Assembly: GCF_006345805.1 (NCBI RefSeq)
Contig: NC_043002.1
Coordinates: forward strand, 38,998,001 to 39,062,000
From: Octopus sinensis
Lineage: Eukaryota
Length of the DNA stretch: 64,000 nt
Direction: 5' to 3'
The notes below the pieces were generated by a model. It searched no databases. It was not told where the DNA came from and saw only the letters and a program-made list of their open reading frames with translations. Each line of letters opens with the position of its first letter. The first letter of the stretch is position 1. This document shows, one piece after another, positions 26,901 to 41,930 of this stretch. The translations under genes and the position numbers were made by a program.

Positions 26901-28554
26901 TGGCACATGAAATAAAAACTGACAATAGTTTTTGGAAATCTGGGTAATCTATCGTCCTCTACTGTTCCTTTGTCCTCAGTACCCATATAAAATTTTAGAC
27001 TGCCCTAAAGGGGAGATACCGACCACTTCGAGAACACTGTACTAGCTGCTGTAGTCTTTGAAATTCAGTGTCAGTTCATTATAGCGCAATTTTCTCTGAA
27101 GGAAATCGTAATTATTTTCGCTCAGTGAGTTGATCTCCGTCATATTCGTTGTAACCACTGGCAACAAACTAGATTTCCCATGTCCTGACTGTCATGCTAC
27201 GAGCCAAAAAGGAGCATCTACATAGTTGTTCGACCTGCGAACATAAGCTGCTAAATCTTCTTCAACCCACACTTGCCTTGTTTTAAAAACAAAATAAATG
27301 TCATATTAGACTTCGATACCCCAGATACGCTGTGTCTGAATAATATAGATAATGGTCACTGTTGAAATGTCTGCTTAGTGAGAGCTAAGGGAGAGTTAAA
27401 CAACAACGATTACATTTTAAAATTATTGAGCATACTACGGAACTAAATACCACATGAAAATATGTTCAATTAGTTCTAAATTTTAGTTTATATTAGAACA
27501 AATGGATGAGTCCAAGCGATATTTAATCAAATTTCATGGTGAACAACAAAAGAATGAGGCAATCGAAGAAGTTTTGTTGTGTCTCGAGAGAGCCAGATAC
27601 AAAAACATTCGAAGGAATTTAAAATAAATGCTATCCTGCCAACCATATATGTTTTGCAAGTCTAATAGTAGAGTGTATAAGCTTGTATTATAAACTATGG
27701 TATATATTATATTGTATTATATTTGTAGCAGTGTGAAAGATACTTATGATCATATTGCAATAATTTAAATCAGATCAGGTCTATAAGAATTGATACTGGT
27801 AAGATACATTTGACAGATTTCAATAATTCCTTCCGACAGAAACTTCTGGGTGCAGTATTGCTGAGAGGCTAAAAAGTTTGCTCCGCAATCATGAAGTCTC
27901 AGGTCCGATCCCATTTCGTGGAATATTGTATAAGTATCCTCTACCATAGTCTCAAATAGATCCACGCCTTGTGAATGAAATTAAGTAGGAGAAAACTATA
28001 GAAACCCATTGGATAATTGAGTAAATTGTGTCGATATACAAAAGCATGGTTTGGGTACGTGGAAGGTTTGCTTCGCGATCCGGTTTCAATCCCACTACGT
28101 AGAATATGTACAAACGACCTTTGTAATAATTTCGAGTTGACCCTATCCTTGTTAATGAAAATGGGTAGCCGAAAACTATGCGGAAGCTCTTTTGATGGAT
28201 TACACCTGAGACTCAAAATCCTGTTTAAAACGTACTGTTTCGCTGTGAAATACTCAGCCACTCACACCTCCATTTAATGAGAAATGAATAATTGGTAGTT
28301 AGTTTATTTACATTCTCTAATCATTTAAGTCCTGTAGATCTTCCTGGTTGTCGTTTATCATCGTCCCGTGTTGGCTCGCTTCCATGCTCACATACAGCAG
28401 GTGTGAAATTACCTCAGGGCGCAACAAATTATAACTATCGGTGCTAATCCATATGTTCACAAAACTCTTCATTTTCCCTCCATCTATGGCTCTTCTCTCT
28501 CTCCTTCCATCTTCCTCTGTGGATATATCTTGATCTTTGGAAACACAGAAACAT

Positions 28555-28750
28555 AATGCTACTGTGTGTCTCATTCCCAAGGAGACCTATCGTTCAGTTG
28601 AACCAGCCAACAACTGTCCGATCGTTCTCCCAACTTTCCAGAAATTATGGAGACAGTCATTAATCGTCTCCAATAGCACACATCTCTCTTTCGGTTTTCG
28701 TAAAGTCAAATCAATTGGAGTGTTACTCTCCTTTGTCATTCATCAATGGG
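28555..28750 (+). pseudogene. LINE reverse transcriptase fragment (CR1/Jockey-group like)
   Basis: ATVCLIPKETYRSVEPANNCPIV...FGFRKVKSIGVLLSFVIHQW resembles the RT 'PIPK..D...P.NYRPI' and 'Q.GFR..RST.DLL' motifs. Confidence 0.65.
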
Positions 28751-28863
28751 ATCTCGTCATAAGAAATTTATAGAAAGTATTGTTGCCGAAACCACCATAA
28801 CCAATTATCATCATCATCTATATCGCTGTCGTCATTATCACTCCAATAATAATAACAATAATG

Positions 28864-28906
<43 letters not shown>

Positions 28907-29441
28907 AAATCGCCACAGAGGTTATTATTGTCATCACTATTGTCAGATATTGTCTAGTCATTAAAACCACTAAAAGTAATATCTGATCGACTTTCGATTT
29001 TTACGTTTTAACTATATTGTCTGGAAACATCTTGACAAGCTGGATGTTTTTCTTAACAATTTTACGAAATATCATCCAAATCTACTTGAAATCCTACTCT
29101 ATACTGTCTTAAGAAAGGAAATGCGCATTTGACAATGTAGTCTCTGATATTTGAAAAGAAATGATGAGATAGCTATGGTAAAACTGCCACGAATTATAGA
29201 GGTCTTCTTTATCGGGTCTGACCTGGAGTGTATTAACAACAATTACTACTACTTGTAGTTATTTTCAGCACCACTCACTCCAATACAGACGATCCGACCC
29301 TTTCAAGATTTCTTTGCTTTTCACCGACAGACATCATCCACACGAGTAGGAAGATCGTGAGTCTGTGTGAGTGCGTGTATACATGTGTGTATGAGAGAGG
29401 GAGAAGAGATACTGTGTGAGTGTGTGGGGTGTGGGGTGGGG

Positions 29442-29485
<44 letters not shown>

Positions 29486-29604
29486 TGTGTGTGTGTGTGT
29501 GCATGCATGCGTATGTGAATTGTCCTAATTTTCTGTTTTACCTATTAATTATACATCTCAAACTAGAACCATTCTTGAAACCTTACAAGATACTGAGAGA
29601 AACA

Positions 29605-29609
<5 letters not shown>

Positions 29610-29662
<53 letters not shown>

Positions 29663-29666
29663 AGGT

Positions 29667-29718
<52 letters not shown>

Positions 29719-29785
29719 AGGAAGGAATGAAGGTAAGAAACGAGAAGGTAAGAAAGAAAGAAAGAAAGAAAGAAGGTAAGAAAGA
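29610..29785. repeat. (AAAG)n microsatellite
   Basis: Seen directly. Confidence 0.95.
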
Positions 29786-30219
29786 ATTTCTTACCAAAAT
29801 TCAACACTTTGACAAACTACTGCAGACTGACAGAGTGACAGTATTAATTATAACAGAATGCAGCTAAGATGCTATTCTTGGCAAACAACCACGGAAGTGC
29901 CAATATCATGACACTGTCAGAGAGAGTATACACTAGACACTTGTGCACTCTTCTTATTTTGGTTATTCATTTCGGAACTTTTGTTTGTTTGTGCGCGTGT
30001 TTATTTGTTTATTTGTGCGCGTGTTTGTTTCTCTATTGCTTCCTTAAATGACTCACTGAATATGAAGCTGTGCTTGAATCATCAAGGCTATCATCCATTG
30101 ACTGTTTAAATTACATTCAGAACTTCATTAAAATAGCCTTGATGAATCTCTCTTTAGCCTACTTATAAGAAATTCTCAAATTTCATTTTTGGCAGTAAAG
30201 TTAGAATTCCATACTATTC

Positions 30220-30480
30220 CTTTTACTTGTTGCAGTCATTTGACTGCAGTCATTTGACTGCGGTCATGCTGGAGCACCGCCATGAAACACGTTTCAGCCG
30301 AATGAGTCAACACCAGTTACATTTCTTATTTAAGCCTGGTACTTATTCTATCCGTTCTCTTTTGCCGAACCGCTAAGTTACTTGAACGCAAACACACTAA
30401 CACCGGTTGTCAAGCAGTGATGGCGGGACAAACAAAAACACAAACGCTAACACACACACGCATGCACATACACATACACA
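30220..30480 (-). mobile_element. SINE family B, 3' half
   Basis: gtcatttgactgcggtcatgctggagcaccgcc...tttgccgaaccgctaagtt. Confidence 0.75.
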
Positions 30481-31765
30481 CATACACACATGTATATAGC
30501 AAACCCTCAAGAGTACGATATGTTTCGACGAGATTTGAAAACCAAAATAATAAAACGTAGTCGTTTGGACAGAAGACTAATTTCCTTAGTTTTGTTTGTG
30601 TCACATTAGAAAAAGACTGAGAAGACGTTTGCCAATTAGAAACGGCAACTATAGCCACGTGAAAATGGTACCGGTGAAGAATTAAGTGCAATGGACCAAA
30701 CACAAATCAACGAGAACTTTTCCGTAATTTTTGAAACCCAAATTTAATAACTAATAAAATCGTAATAATTTTCACTTTCTAATTTTCATGTGTGTCTGTA
30801 TGAAGAAGTGTATAATGGCCGAATGTTTAAGGTGTTAGCTTCGCAAAATCCTGAGTTCGATCCCGGTGTGTTTAGATCAAATGTCATTTTCTATAAGATC
30901 GGTTAGACTGAGATTTGTGAGTGAAATTTGATAGACGAAAACTGTGCAGAATTGTACGTGAAATTCAAATAGTACATCCTTGTCACATTCGGATATAACT
31001 TTAAACTGCATCCGGTAGAGGAGACCTGCTTCGGGAGTTCCATAGTTCCCAGGTCTACCCTAAGCCGGATTGGTAACACCTGCTCATGCTCGTGGCTATG
31101 TGTTAACTATCATGTCACAGAATTGCCACCGGAAGAATGTCGCACACCAATGTCACACACTAGGGAAAATTATGCCCTTCAGCATTTTAGCCTCTCATAA
31201 CAGAAAGGAAACTCCATACAAATCCTGCATCCTGGGCTCGTAGCATTTGTGCATCAGCCTAATACAAGTTTTAAGGGTGAGATATTGGCACTGGCTCTGC
31301 ACAAACCACGCCCACTATAATGATATTCACCATGGAGGTTAAAATAAAATAAGACGAACACCAACGCCATCAAATATTCTTCGTATGGATTGGGAGAGAA
31401 GCGGCGAAGACAAGTAAAGGATTCTGCCTGAGGTTTTTAACTTTGACCCTGTGCAATGGCGGCCGTAACTGAAGGCGGGTTTCAACAGACTTGAACTAAA
31501 AACTTTGTACAGCTATGTTTTGCTGAACCCACATTCGTCGAAGGGATGGGACAGTCCTGCAAGTCAACACTACAACCTAGTCACATATTGTGCCATGCTG
31601 ATTCCGCCTAAAATTATGCTAGGGGCAATGTGGGAGAACTTAACCTTATATTCGGTAATTCAGGAGCAGATAATTCGGTTGTGGGAACAACTGAATCACC
31701 ATCGATTAGCGACATTCACCACCATGCACACATCCATCCATCCATAAATATATGAATGCACCGTG

Positions 31766-31804
<39 letters not shown>

Positions 31805-32115
31805 GCTGGCTGTGCACCAGCATGGTCACAGCCTTCAGGCTGAAACATGTGAAAGAATGAAAGAATATATCAAAACGATCAAAGGTCTTTCATGAACTAT
31901 AAGCTCATAAGGCCGGTTCTTCGGATTCTATGACGTATATATTGCCCACCCACCTGGAAGAGACGCCAGCCCTCCGCAGAGTAACTCATTTTGCCAGCTG
32001 AGCTGACTGAAGCAACGTGACAGAAAAGTTTATATATATATATGTGTGTGTGTGTGTGTGCGTGTGCGCGTGTGTGTGTGTGTGTCTGTGTGTGTGTGTG
32101 TGTGTGCGTGTGTGT

Positions 32116-32360
32116 GGAGGCGCGTGGCTTAGTGGTTAGGGTGTCAGCATCATGATCGTAAGATTGTGGTTTGGATTCCTGGACCAGGCGACGCATTGTG
32201 CTCTTGAGCAAAACACTTCATTTCCCGTTGCTCCAGTCCACTCAGCTGGCAAAAATAAGTAACGCTGCGATGGACTAGCGTCCCGTCCAGCTGGGGAACA
32301 CATACACCATAGAAACCGGGCCCATGAGCCTGGCTAGGCTTTAAAAGGGCGCATTTATTC
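32116..32360 (+). mobile_element. tRNA-derived SINE family C
   Basis: A/B-box-like head ggcgcgtggcttagtggttaggg...ggtttggattcct; 3' part shared with 47245-47350. Confidence 0.8.
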
Positions 32361-32368
32361 ATTTATCT

Positions 32369-32403
<35 letters not shown>

Positions 32404-32414
32404 AATAATGATTT

Positions 32415-32800
32415 CAAATTTTTGCCATAAGGGCAGCTTGGAGGAGGAGATTAAGTCAACATCGTCAACAGTGTGTAACTAATACTTATTTAATGGACCC
32501 CGAAAGGATGAAAGGCAAAGCCGACCTCGGTGGAATTTAAACTCAGAACGTAGCGGCAGACGAAATATCTATTTCTTTACTACCCACAAGGGGCTAAACA
32601 CAGAGAGGACAAACACGGACAGACAAATGGATTAAGTCTATTACATCGACCCAAGTGCGTAACTGGTACCTAATTTATCGACCCCGAAAGGATGAAAGGC
32701 AAAGTCGACCTCGGCGGAATTTGATCTCAGAACGTAGCGGCAGACGAAATACCGCTAGGCATTTCGCCCGGCGTGCTAACGATTCTGCCAGCTCGCCGCC
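32415..32800 (-). mobile_element. SINE family A, head-to-tail dimer form
   Basis: Same two-core plus linker arrangement as 19920-20310. Confidence 0.85.
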
Positions 32801-33254
32801 TTGTATATGCGTAATAATAAAAGCACATATCTCCAGAAACCATAGGAGCTCACAGAACTAAATGTTCAGCTCCAAATCCTGTATAGTTAATTGAATGCCA
32901 AATCAATAAATATTAGTTTGGGCAGAGTGCTAATATCTATCGCGGTTGACATATCGAGGCTCTATCGTCTGGTATTCTGCTACATAATTCTCTATAGTTA
33001 GTTGAACAGAAATATACAGAATATGGATAGATATTTTGCATGAAAATTTAAACAAGTATTCTCGCCGGAATGGATGCTAGACTGCGGTGGGTAACATTTC
33101 CTACTTAGCATCTTTTGGTTTAAGTAAACATACATTTAGTGAAATATAATCTAAAATTGCTAAAGATCTGAACATTACGATTTGTTATCCTCTTAACAGT
33201 TTTCGTTTCTCTGTGTGCCAAATCACATAATTTCGTAATTTGTATTTTTATTCT

Positions 33255-34050
33255 TTTATTCTTTTATTTGTTTCAGTCATTTGACTGCGGCCATGCTGGA
33301 GCACCGCCTTTAGTCGAGCAACTCGACCCCGGGACTTATTCTTTGTAAGCCCAGTACTTATTCTATCGGTCTCTTTTGCCGAACCGCTAAGTAACGGGGA
33401 CATAAACACACCAGCATCGGTTGTCAAGCAATGCTAGAGGAACAAACACAGACACACAAACACACACACGCATATACATATATATACATATATATACGAC
33501 GGGCTTCTTTTCAGTTTCCGTCTACCAAATCCACTCACAAGGCATTGGTCGGCCCGAGGCTATAGTAGAAGACACTTGCCCAAGGTGCCGCGCAGTGGGA
33601 CTGAAGCCGGAACCATGTGGTTGGTAAACAAGCTACTTACCACACAGCCACTCCTGCGCCCTTTTCATCTTTTTCTTAGTCTTTGATATTTCAGTCATTA
33701 GATAGTGACCATGCTGAGGCACCACCTTGAACGAATCGACCTAGTCGTTCTACTGGTGTCTTATGCCGAACCGCTATGTTAGGGGGACATAAACAAATCA
33801 ACACCGGTTGACAAGCAATGGTGGAGGATAAACAAAAGACAAACACACAAATATACATCTATAAACCTACGCACATATATATACAACGGGTTTCTACAAA
33901 GTTTCTGTTTACCAAATCCACTCGCAAGGATTTGATCTGCCCGGTGCCACATAGGGAAAACACTTGGCCAAGATGTTATGCAGTGGGACTGAACCTGAAA
34001 CCCCTTGGTTGCAAAGAAAAGTGAGCTTCTTTACCACTCAGCCATGCCTG
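33255..34050 (-). mobile_element. Two adjacent SINE family B copies (young 33255-33660; older 33690-34050)
   Basis: Both show the gtcat..gac..gccatgctg / gccgaaccgcta / accaaatccactc / cagtgggactgaa landmarks. Confidence 0.85.
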
Positions 34051-35163
34051 TACAATTATGTATGTGTATAAATATGTAGCATGTATATATATGTAAATAT
34101 GGACGTATATGTATGAATGTATAAATACGTACATATATGTATGTATTCTTACAATATATGTATATGTACACAGGCATAAATGCTTATGTTCGTTTAAGCA
34201 AGAGAAAGTTGTTAAATCTGTCAAAAATCTATAAATGGAATAATCACTACTTTCACTCAAAACATATCACAAAATGCTGACCATTTCATACACTTCTCAT
34301 TCAATTGTTGAGAATTCGATTAACAAATTGTAAAAAGTCTTCATTATTATTATATTATTATTATTATTATTATTATATTATTATTATTATTATTATTATT
34401 TTTTTTTTTTTTTTGTGAGTCTTCGAAATCATATCAAATACAGATTGGGAGGTATATGGCCTTTATAATTAAAAGAAAAAAATGTCAGAAAATCCATCTT
34501 TGGTTTCTTTTTACGAATTATTTACCAATACATTACTTTGAATCATGTGTTACGAACACAATATATTGATATTCTTTTATCTGCGTTTTTCCATATGTAA
34601 TTTGAATTAACGTCAACATTTATTTATAATTTAATTAAAAGTTGGTTACTTGAAAGATAAAATGCTATCAACCATTTCATATTATACGCTATCGCAATTT
34701 CTTCATTCCTATCGTCATGTCAGATCACATTATACGACAATAATTAACAAACTAGAACTCTGTGTGTGTGTGTGTGTGTGTGTGTACATATACATATATA
34801 TATATGCGTGTATATGAGGGTGTGTGTGTAATGTATGTATATGTACATGTATATATATATGTACATATACATACATACATTACACACACACACACACATA
34901 CATACACACATATGAATTATCGTAATTTGGTGAATAAAAGCGTTCGCGGCTAAAGGTATCAGGAATGGTTCAGTCATTACTTATTACATTTCTGATGGGC
35001 AGAGTGACAAGGAAGTGATGTATAACTCACAACTGAAGAAATATGGACAGGGTTCTTTGTTCAGAAATTACCGTTTTGTCAGTCTTTTGTGTGATTGACG
35101 CTTACATGCTAAGTCGGTATACAGGAGCGAAAGATACACACACGCTCGCACGCACTCACACAC

Positions 35164-35212
<49 letters not shown>

Positions 35213-35308
35213 TTCATTCACAAAATATTAAGATATTGGTCAATTCTGAAGCTATTATAAAAGATTCTTAGCTAAAATGCAGTATCTATTTAACACACAC
35301 CGTATATA

Positions 35309-35390
<82 letters not shown>

Positions 35391-36569
35391 GTATGTGTGG
35401 TGTGTATGTATACACAAAGGGGTTTCATTTAGTTTCCGTTTACCAAATCCATTCATAAGGCAATTGTCGGTTCTGGGCTATTGTCGAAGACAGTTGCCCA
35501 AGGAACCGCTCAGTCAGACTGAACACTTTAATCACACAGCCATGCCTCCACTATTTTACAAAGATCTTAGGCCAAAATTGAGATGTGCTTTCGGTATCGG
35601 AACATCTTCGATATTGGGAAACATGGTAACTCTAACAGTCTGATACTTATAGGCGAAGTAGAACCACCGTCTAGTTACGTCCTTAAGATAATCGGTTCGA
35701 ATCCCATCATTATTGCTTGATATTTTCCTATCCATGGTAGTTAGAATATGGTAAATCGATCCAGAGTGATGTAAATGACATGGTTACTTTGTGGTCAAGG
35801 TGTTCTTGCTACAGCTGATGGAAAACACTTAACAGCAGTGAAGACATTCCAATCGTGACCACACCATATTCTTTTCGGATTTAGTGTATGTACTCCAGAT
35901 TACGTTATCCTATGAGGTTCTTTCTTGGGAAAGTAGGATATGATTTGCGGGAGATTTGGCAGTTCCTTTTTTTCTAACTGGTAGGGAACCATATATAATT
36001 TCCATCAATCGGGACGAATTTCAAAAGAAATATTTCGGTGTATATAGCTGAATGCATACATTCGCAAGTTTAACACATAACTATTCACATCGCAATAATG
36101 TATATCTAATGACAACGTGTTCACTAAGATATACAATTTTGCTGAGATGAACATTTACATACATACATAACATACATACATACATACGTACGTACGTACA
36201 TACATACATACATACATACATACATACATACATACATACATACATACATACATACATACATACATACGTACGTACATACATACATACATACATACATACA
36301 TACATACATACATACATACATACACGTACGTATGTATGTATGTATATATGAAACATATGCAATTGAGTAGAAAATACCAAAAACGTTTCTAGATATGTAT
36401 GTGTGCATCTATGTATATGTATATATATATATATGTGTGTATGTGTATATGTATATGTATATATATATATGTGTGTATGTGTGTATATATGTGTGTGTAT
36501 GTGTGTATATAATGTATGTGTGCATCTATGTATATGTATATATATATGTGTGTGTATATATATATGTGT

Positions 36570-36607
<38 letters not shown>

Positions 36608-37148
36608 GTGTGTGTGTATGTGTGTGTGTGTGTGTCTTTCTTGGCAGGTCCTCTCACCTGATCTTCGCAGTGATGACTGAATCACCTCGAAATAACTAAA
36701 AGATACGAGAAAACCAAGTCATAACACACGCTGATATTTTGCATGCTTCCCAACAATAAATCGCATGCTCTTAACTTTCGTGTCTTGTACACATCCAAAA
36801 GACTTTCGTATATACAAACTTTGCATACGAAAATATGAATAGATATACTTATGTTGGATTCTATTTTGAAATGTTTGTGTAGATTATAAGTATAAAATCA
36901 TGGTATGATAACTTAATACCATGAGGTAAATTAGGTCGCGAAAACGCAGTGCAAAGTAAATGTTCGCTAGAGTAGGATGGAGTGTTGTATTATCTTTTTC
37001 TTGGTATGCATGAAACCAAACAGAATTTTTGAAGGGGACACATTGTAATTGAAGGAACCAATTGGACAACGTTGCATTGTGGACGTGTTAATGCATTTGT
37101 GTGATTGTATGATTGTATAGTATATTTATGCGCATTCAGATCCAATTC

Positions 37149-37202
<54 letters not shown>

Positions 37203-37206
37203 TTAG

Positions 37207-37240
<34 letters not shown>

Positions 37241-37449
37241 TAACAGAGTGAGTGAGAGAGAGAGAAAAGAGTAGGAGGAGATAGTTATGTATATGTGTGT
37301 GCATTTATATATATATACATACATATATATATATATATGGGGTGAGACAGAGTTATGTAGTTATATGTGTGTATATATATACACATATACCTGTATATGT
37401 TATAATGTGTATATTTATTTATATATATATATATATATGCATGTATATA

Positions 37450-37498
<49 letters not shown>

Positions 37499-38300
37499 CA
37501 CACACACACGTGTTTCATATGCTTGCCATAGTATTTTTATCTATATGTCTACATATACGTGTGAGTGTAATGTGTGTGTGTGTGTGCGGGTCAATGTGTA
37601 CACTCGCCTAGGTGTGCATGTACAAAGAAACAAAGACGAGGGAGAGAGAAAGAGGAGGAAGAATAGAACAAACACAAAAAAAATATAAGAAAAAGAAAGA
37701 GAGCAGAGATAAAAGCGAGGTATGTATTTTCATGGATATAACAGTGAGGGTTTGTTAATGTAAGTAGAAGTAAGAACAGAACAGTAATCGGTTTCAGTTC
37801 ACCTTATATCTTAGGAGAAGAATCTTTAATATGCCTGTTGCTGCGCGTGGGTTGATTGCAACGTTGAAGGCGGTGTCATAGCAACCCTCACATGATACTA
37901 TTATCATATTACAGCTTGTAGTTATAATGCGTATAAATATATTTATATCCGTTGTGTGTGTGTGTGTATTTTTATTAAATGAAGTATAAGCATACTTCAT
38001 AAGATACACAAACATAGATATGCATAAGTGTGTGTATGTGTGTGTGTGTGGTGTGTGTATGTGTGTGTATGTGTGTGTGTGTGTGTATGTGTGTGTGTGT
38101 ATACATGCACCAATACATGTCTGCAAAAGTAAATATATACATGTATACACACACATACGCACATATATTTATACGCGTATATATATATTTATATATACGT
38201 ATACACCTATGTATATGTGTGTATGCATACCTGTATCATATATATATATATATAATATACACATACATATACATATATATACACACACACACATATATAT

Positions 38301-38331
<31 letters not shown>

Positions 38332-38863
38332 AATATATATAAATATATAAATACATATATAAAAATATATATATGCACATACATATGTATATATACGCAT
38401 ATATATATACAGATACTATAAGTGTATTATGTGTGACACTGTGTGTGCGTTGCGTCTGTGTCTGTGCGCGCGCGTGTGTGTGTTAATTTATGTGAAGTAA
38501 ACATTAATCCTTAAAACATTAATCCCTAAAATGCATCTTTGATCGTTCGCTTGACTGCACATATCTGAAGCATTTGTAGACGTTATAACCTTCAAATATG
38601 AACGTAAATGGCTGACGCTCAGAAGGAAATGGCGATCCATGAACATGTCGTCCTTACTGCTTGTCACATAAATTAACATATATTATAAAAAGACTTTGTA
38701 TACATCTCACATGAAAGAGATTGTACGCGCTTGTAACACAACACACACGAACAGTAATATACATGCACACACACATATGTATACACAAACATACACACAT
38801 AAACACATATATGTATATACTTTATACACACACATATATATATATAATATATATAAATGTGTT

Positions 38864-38923
<60 letters not shown>

Positions 38924-39265
38924 TGTATGTATGTATGTATGTATGTATACGTGTGTGAGTGTGTGTGTGTGTGTGTGGAGGAGGTATTCTTGCATGTAAC
39001 AGACAGCGGTGTCAGGTAATAAGCGAAGGTTTCGTGTGCGCTATCACGTGTAAACACACGCATGAGACACTGACAAATATAAACAAACATGGCGTTCTTT
39101 TTTTTTTTTTTTGTTCGTGTGTAGTGTTTGTTCGATACAGAAATGTCGTTGAACTTTACTAAATATGTATACATACATGCAGGACTACATCCAAGCATGC
39201 GTATATGCATATATACATGGATACATAAACAAGTTAGACATACACACATGTATACATATATACAT

Positions 39266-39300
<35 letters not shown>

Positions 39301-39769
39301 CACACAAATACACATTGATATATATAAAGACAACTTTGAGCAGCGTGGCCTACAGCGATAATCCGCAGAGATAACTACGTTTCGTATTCCTAGAATAGCA
39401 TTGTAATAAATTCTACCAAGGTACACGTGATCAAAGAGGTTTGTAGGATTAACGCATTGAATAAGGTCAAATCTTCGCTCCTTTTTCCGTCTAAATCAAG
39501 ATTATGAGAAGCTAATCCAATGTGTATGTGTTTGAAGCTGGATCTATCATAACATTAATGGCCAGTAATAACCCAATGTAGGATATTTCTGAAGAAGATA
39601 ATTTTCAATAGTTGTCTATTAGTCTTCATTAACTCTAATAAAATTAATGAATGTGTATGTGTGTGTGCGTGCGCGCGCGTGGCTGTATTTAATATGCTTG
39701 ATATACACATTATGCATACATACGTCACACACACATTTATATATATATGGTATATACATTTCACATAAA

Positions 39770-39800
<31 letters not shown>

Positions 39801-40864
39801 CATATATGTTTGTGTATATGTGAGAAGAGAGAGAGAGAGAGATGCATACAATATATGCATACAAACATACACACATACATACAAATATACATACAAATAT
39901 ATATATCGATCATACGTTTACTTTAACATGCCTTTTCATATGTATATATGTATATAGGTGCTAAGTGTGTGCGTGTGAATCTACCTGTGTGGAAATGTAT
40001 GCGTATGATGGAGTATTATGTACGTGCACAGAATTACGAGATAAATATATGCTACTACGGATCTATAGAGATAAACAACTAACACTCAACGACTTCGACA
40101 TATCCATATCATTCCTTATGTTTCATAAATTCTAAGAATATCTCGATGCTAAACTTACGTGTAAGCCTTGTATATCTGGGTGCGAAAACACTCCAATACT
40201 ACCCAAGTGAGAAACGAAAAAACATACTAGCATACAGGTAAACTTTGCTGAAGAACTACATTGAAGTAGGGAGAGAGAATGAAAAAAAAATGGAAGGAGT
40301 ACAGTAGAGGCAGGTCTTAATTACTATTTATATTTTCCCTCTTCCAACACAAACACTGACATCCAGTCGTTTAATAGATTCGCCCCCTTCAGTAGCTGTT
40401 GCATAACAAGCAAGTGACTGACTTACAAATAACTTTTACAGACGTTAAGTCGTTCAGAGGTTTCTGTATCGTCTGCTGCGTTTTGATATGTCGTCTGCTA
40501 AAACTTTATGTCGTCTGCTGTTAACTTTAATCGAGTATGAGTCCACTTGGTTAGTTCTTAGCTTTTTTTTTTTTGTTGTTTGTTGTTGTTTTCTTTTATA
40601 ATTTAAAAATATTTCGATATAATCTCAAGGTTGTTTTGGATTTTCTCTTTTCTCTCCTATAGAAAAGTTAATCAACTTAAATTCATCTTTTTTTATTATT
40701 ATTTTTGAAGGGCGGGAGGGCTACGAAATAACAATTATAATTTCCTAATCAAAGCAAACAACACACCATGCGATTTTAGATGTATCAACACAGTTATTTT
40801 CCGAGAATAACAAAATCTCCGCATTAACTGTTGTTAGTAAAAACAAAACAAGTGTGTATATGTG

Positions 40865-40940
<76 letters not shown>

Positions 40941-40972
40941 CATATGTATACACATATATATACACATATATA

Positions 40973-41031
<59 letters not shown>

Positions 41032-41150
41032 CACACAGCCGAAGGGAAACAGTTGTTAGAAGTTGTTAAATTTTTTCTCATTATTTTTGTCTCATTAGTA
41101 AAAAACAAAATCGATTGTTTTGCTTTTTGTAGTTTTTTTTTTTTTTTTAC

Positions 41151-41455
41151 CTGATGTGCAACTCTGGGTATGCGAAATTGGAAAAGCGGTTTCGTTCCAC
41201 CGTCGAATGGGCTCAGCTCACTGCTAAGCTCGGATAAGTCTGCGATGTTTCCGTCACTCACCGTAGAAAAACCGTCATGTATCCACTTGGAAGAACGCTT
41301 CTGACGTTTTGCAAACATGGTTGCCCCCCGCGCTTTTTTATTGGCTGCAGCCGTCAGTGAGTACGAGATCTTCTTACACAAGTTGATTTGCTCCTCTATG
41401 GTGGGGTACACTGCCTTCGGATCATTGTAGAACGAAGAATCCGAATAGATTTTCT
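41151..41455 (-). CDS. Upstream exon of synaptopodin-2/myozenin(calsarcin)-like protein
   Basis: Acceptor tttatttttcttcag|AG at 41456/41455 and donor CATCAG|gtaaaa at 41151/41150. The exon is 305 nt: [61 protein letters not shown]...FRIPRVAHQ. Its phase-0 end joins the 23740 exon in frame. Confidence 0.9.
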
Positions 41456-41660
41456 CTGAAGAAAAATAAAATGGATTTCATCAGCTTTTTCTTTTTTTGT
41501 ACTTTTATTTATTGTCAACTGTGTTACTGTTTTTGTTTGTTTGCTTCTACCATCGTGTTTTTTTTTATTTTTATTTCCCTCTGTAACTAGTAATATGTAT
41601 ATAAACAACACATGGTTGTTTATCAAGCTTTCAAACCCTGTAAATATATATGTATGTATG

Positions 41661-41693
<33 letters not shown>

Positions 41694-41715
41694 CATGTAT
41701 GTATGTATATATATA

Positions 41716-41767
<52 letters not shown>

Positions 41768-41872
41768 CATGTATGTATGTAATATATATGTGGGTGTATA
41801 TATATATATATATTATATATATTATATATATATATATATCTATACATGTATGTATGTATATATATATGTGTG

Positions 41873-41930
<58 letters not shown>

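Noticed and set aside
31020-31500. Higher-GC stretch possibly from a LINE 5' region
   Set aside because: No protein motif or termini that I could verify by eye.
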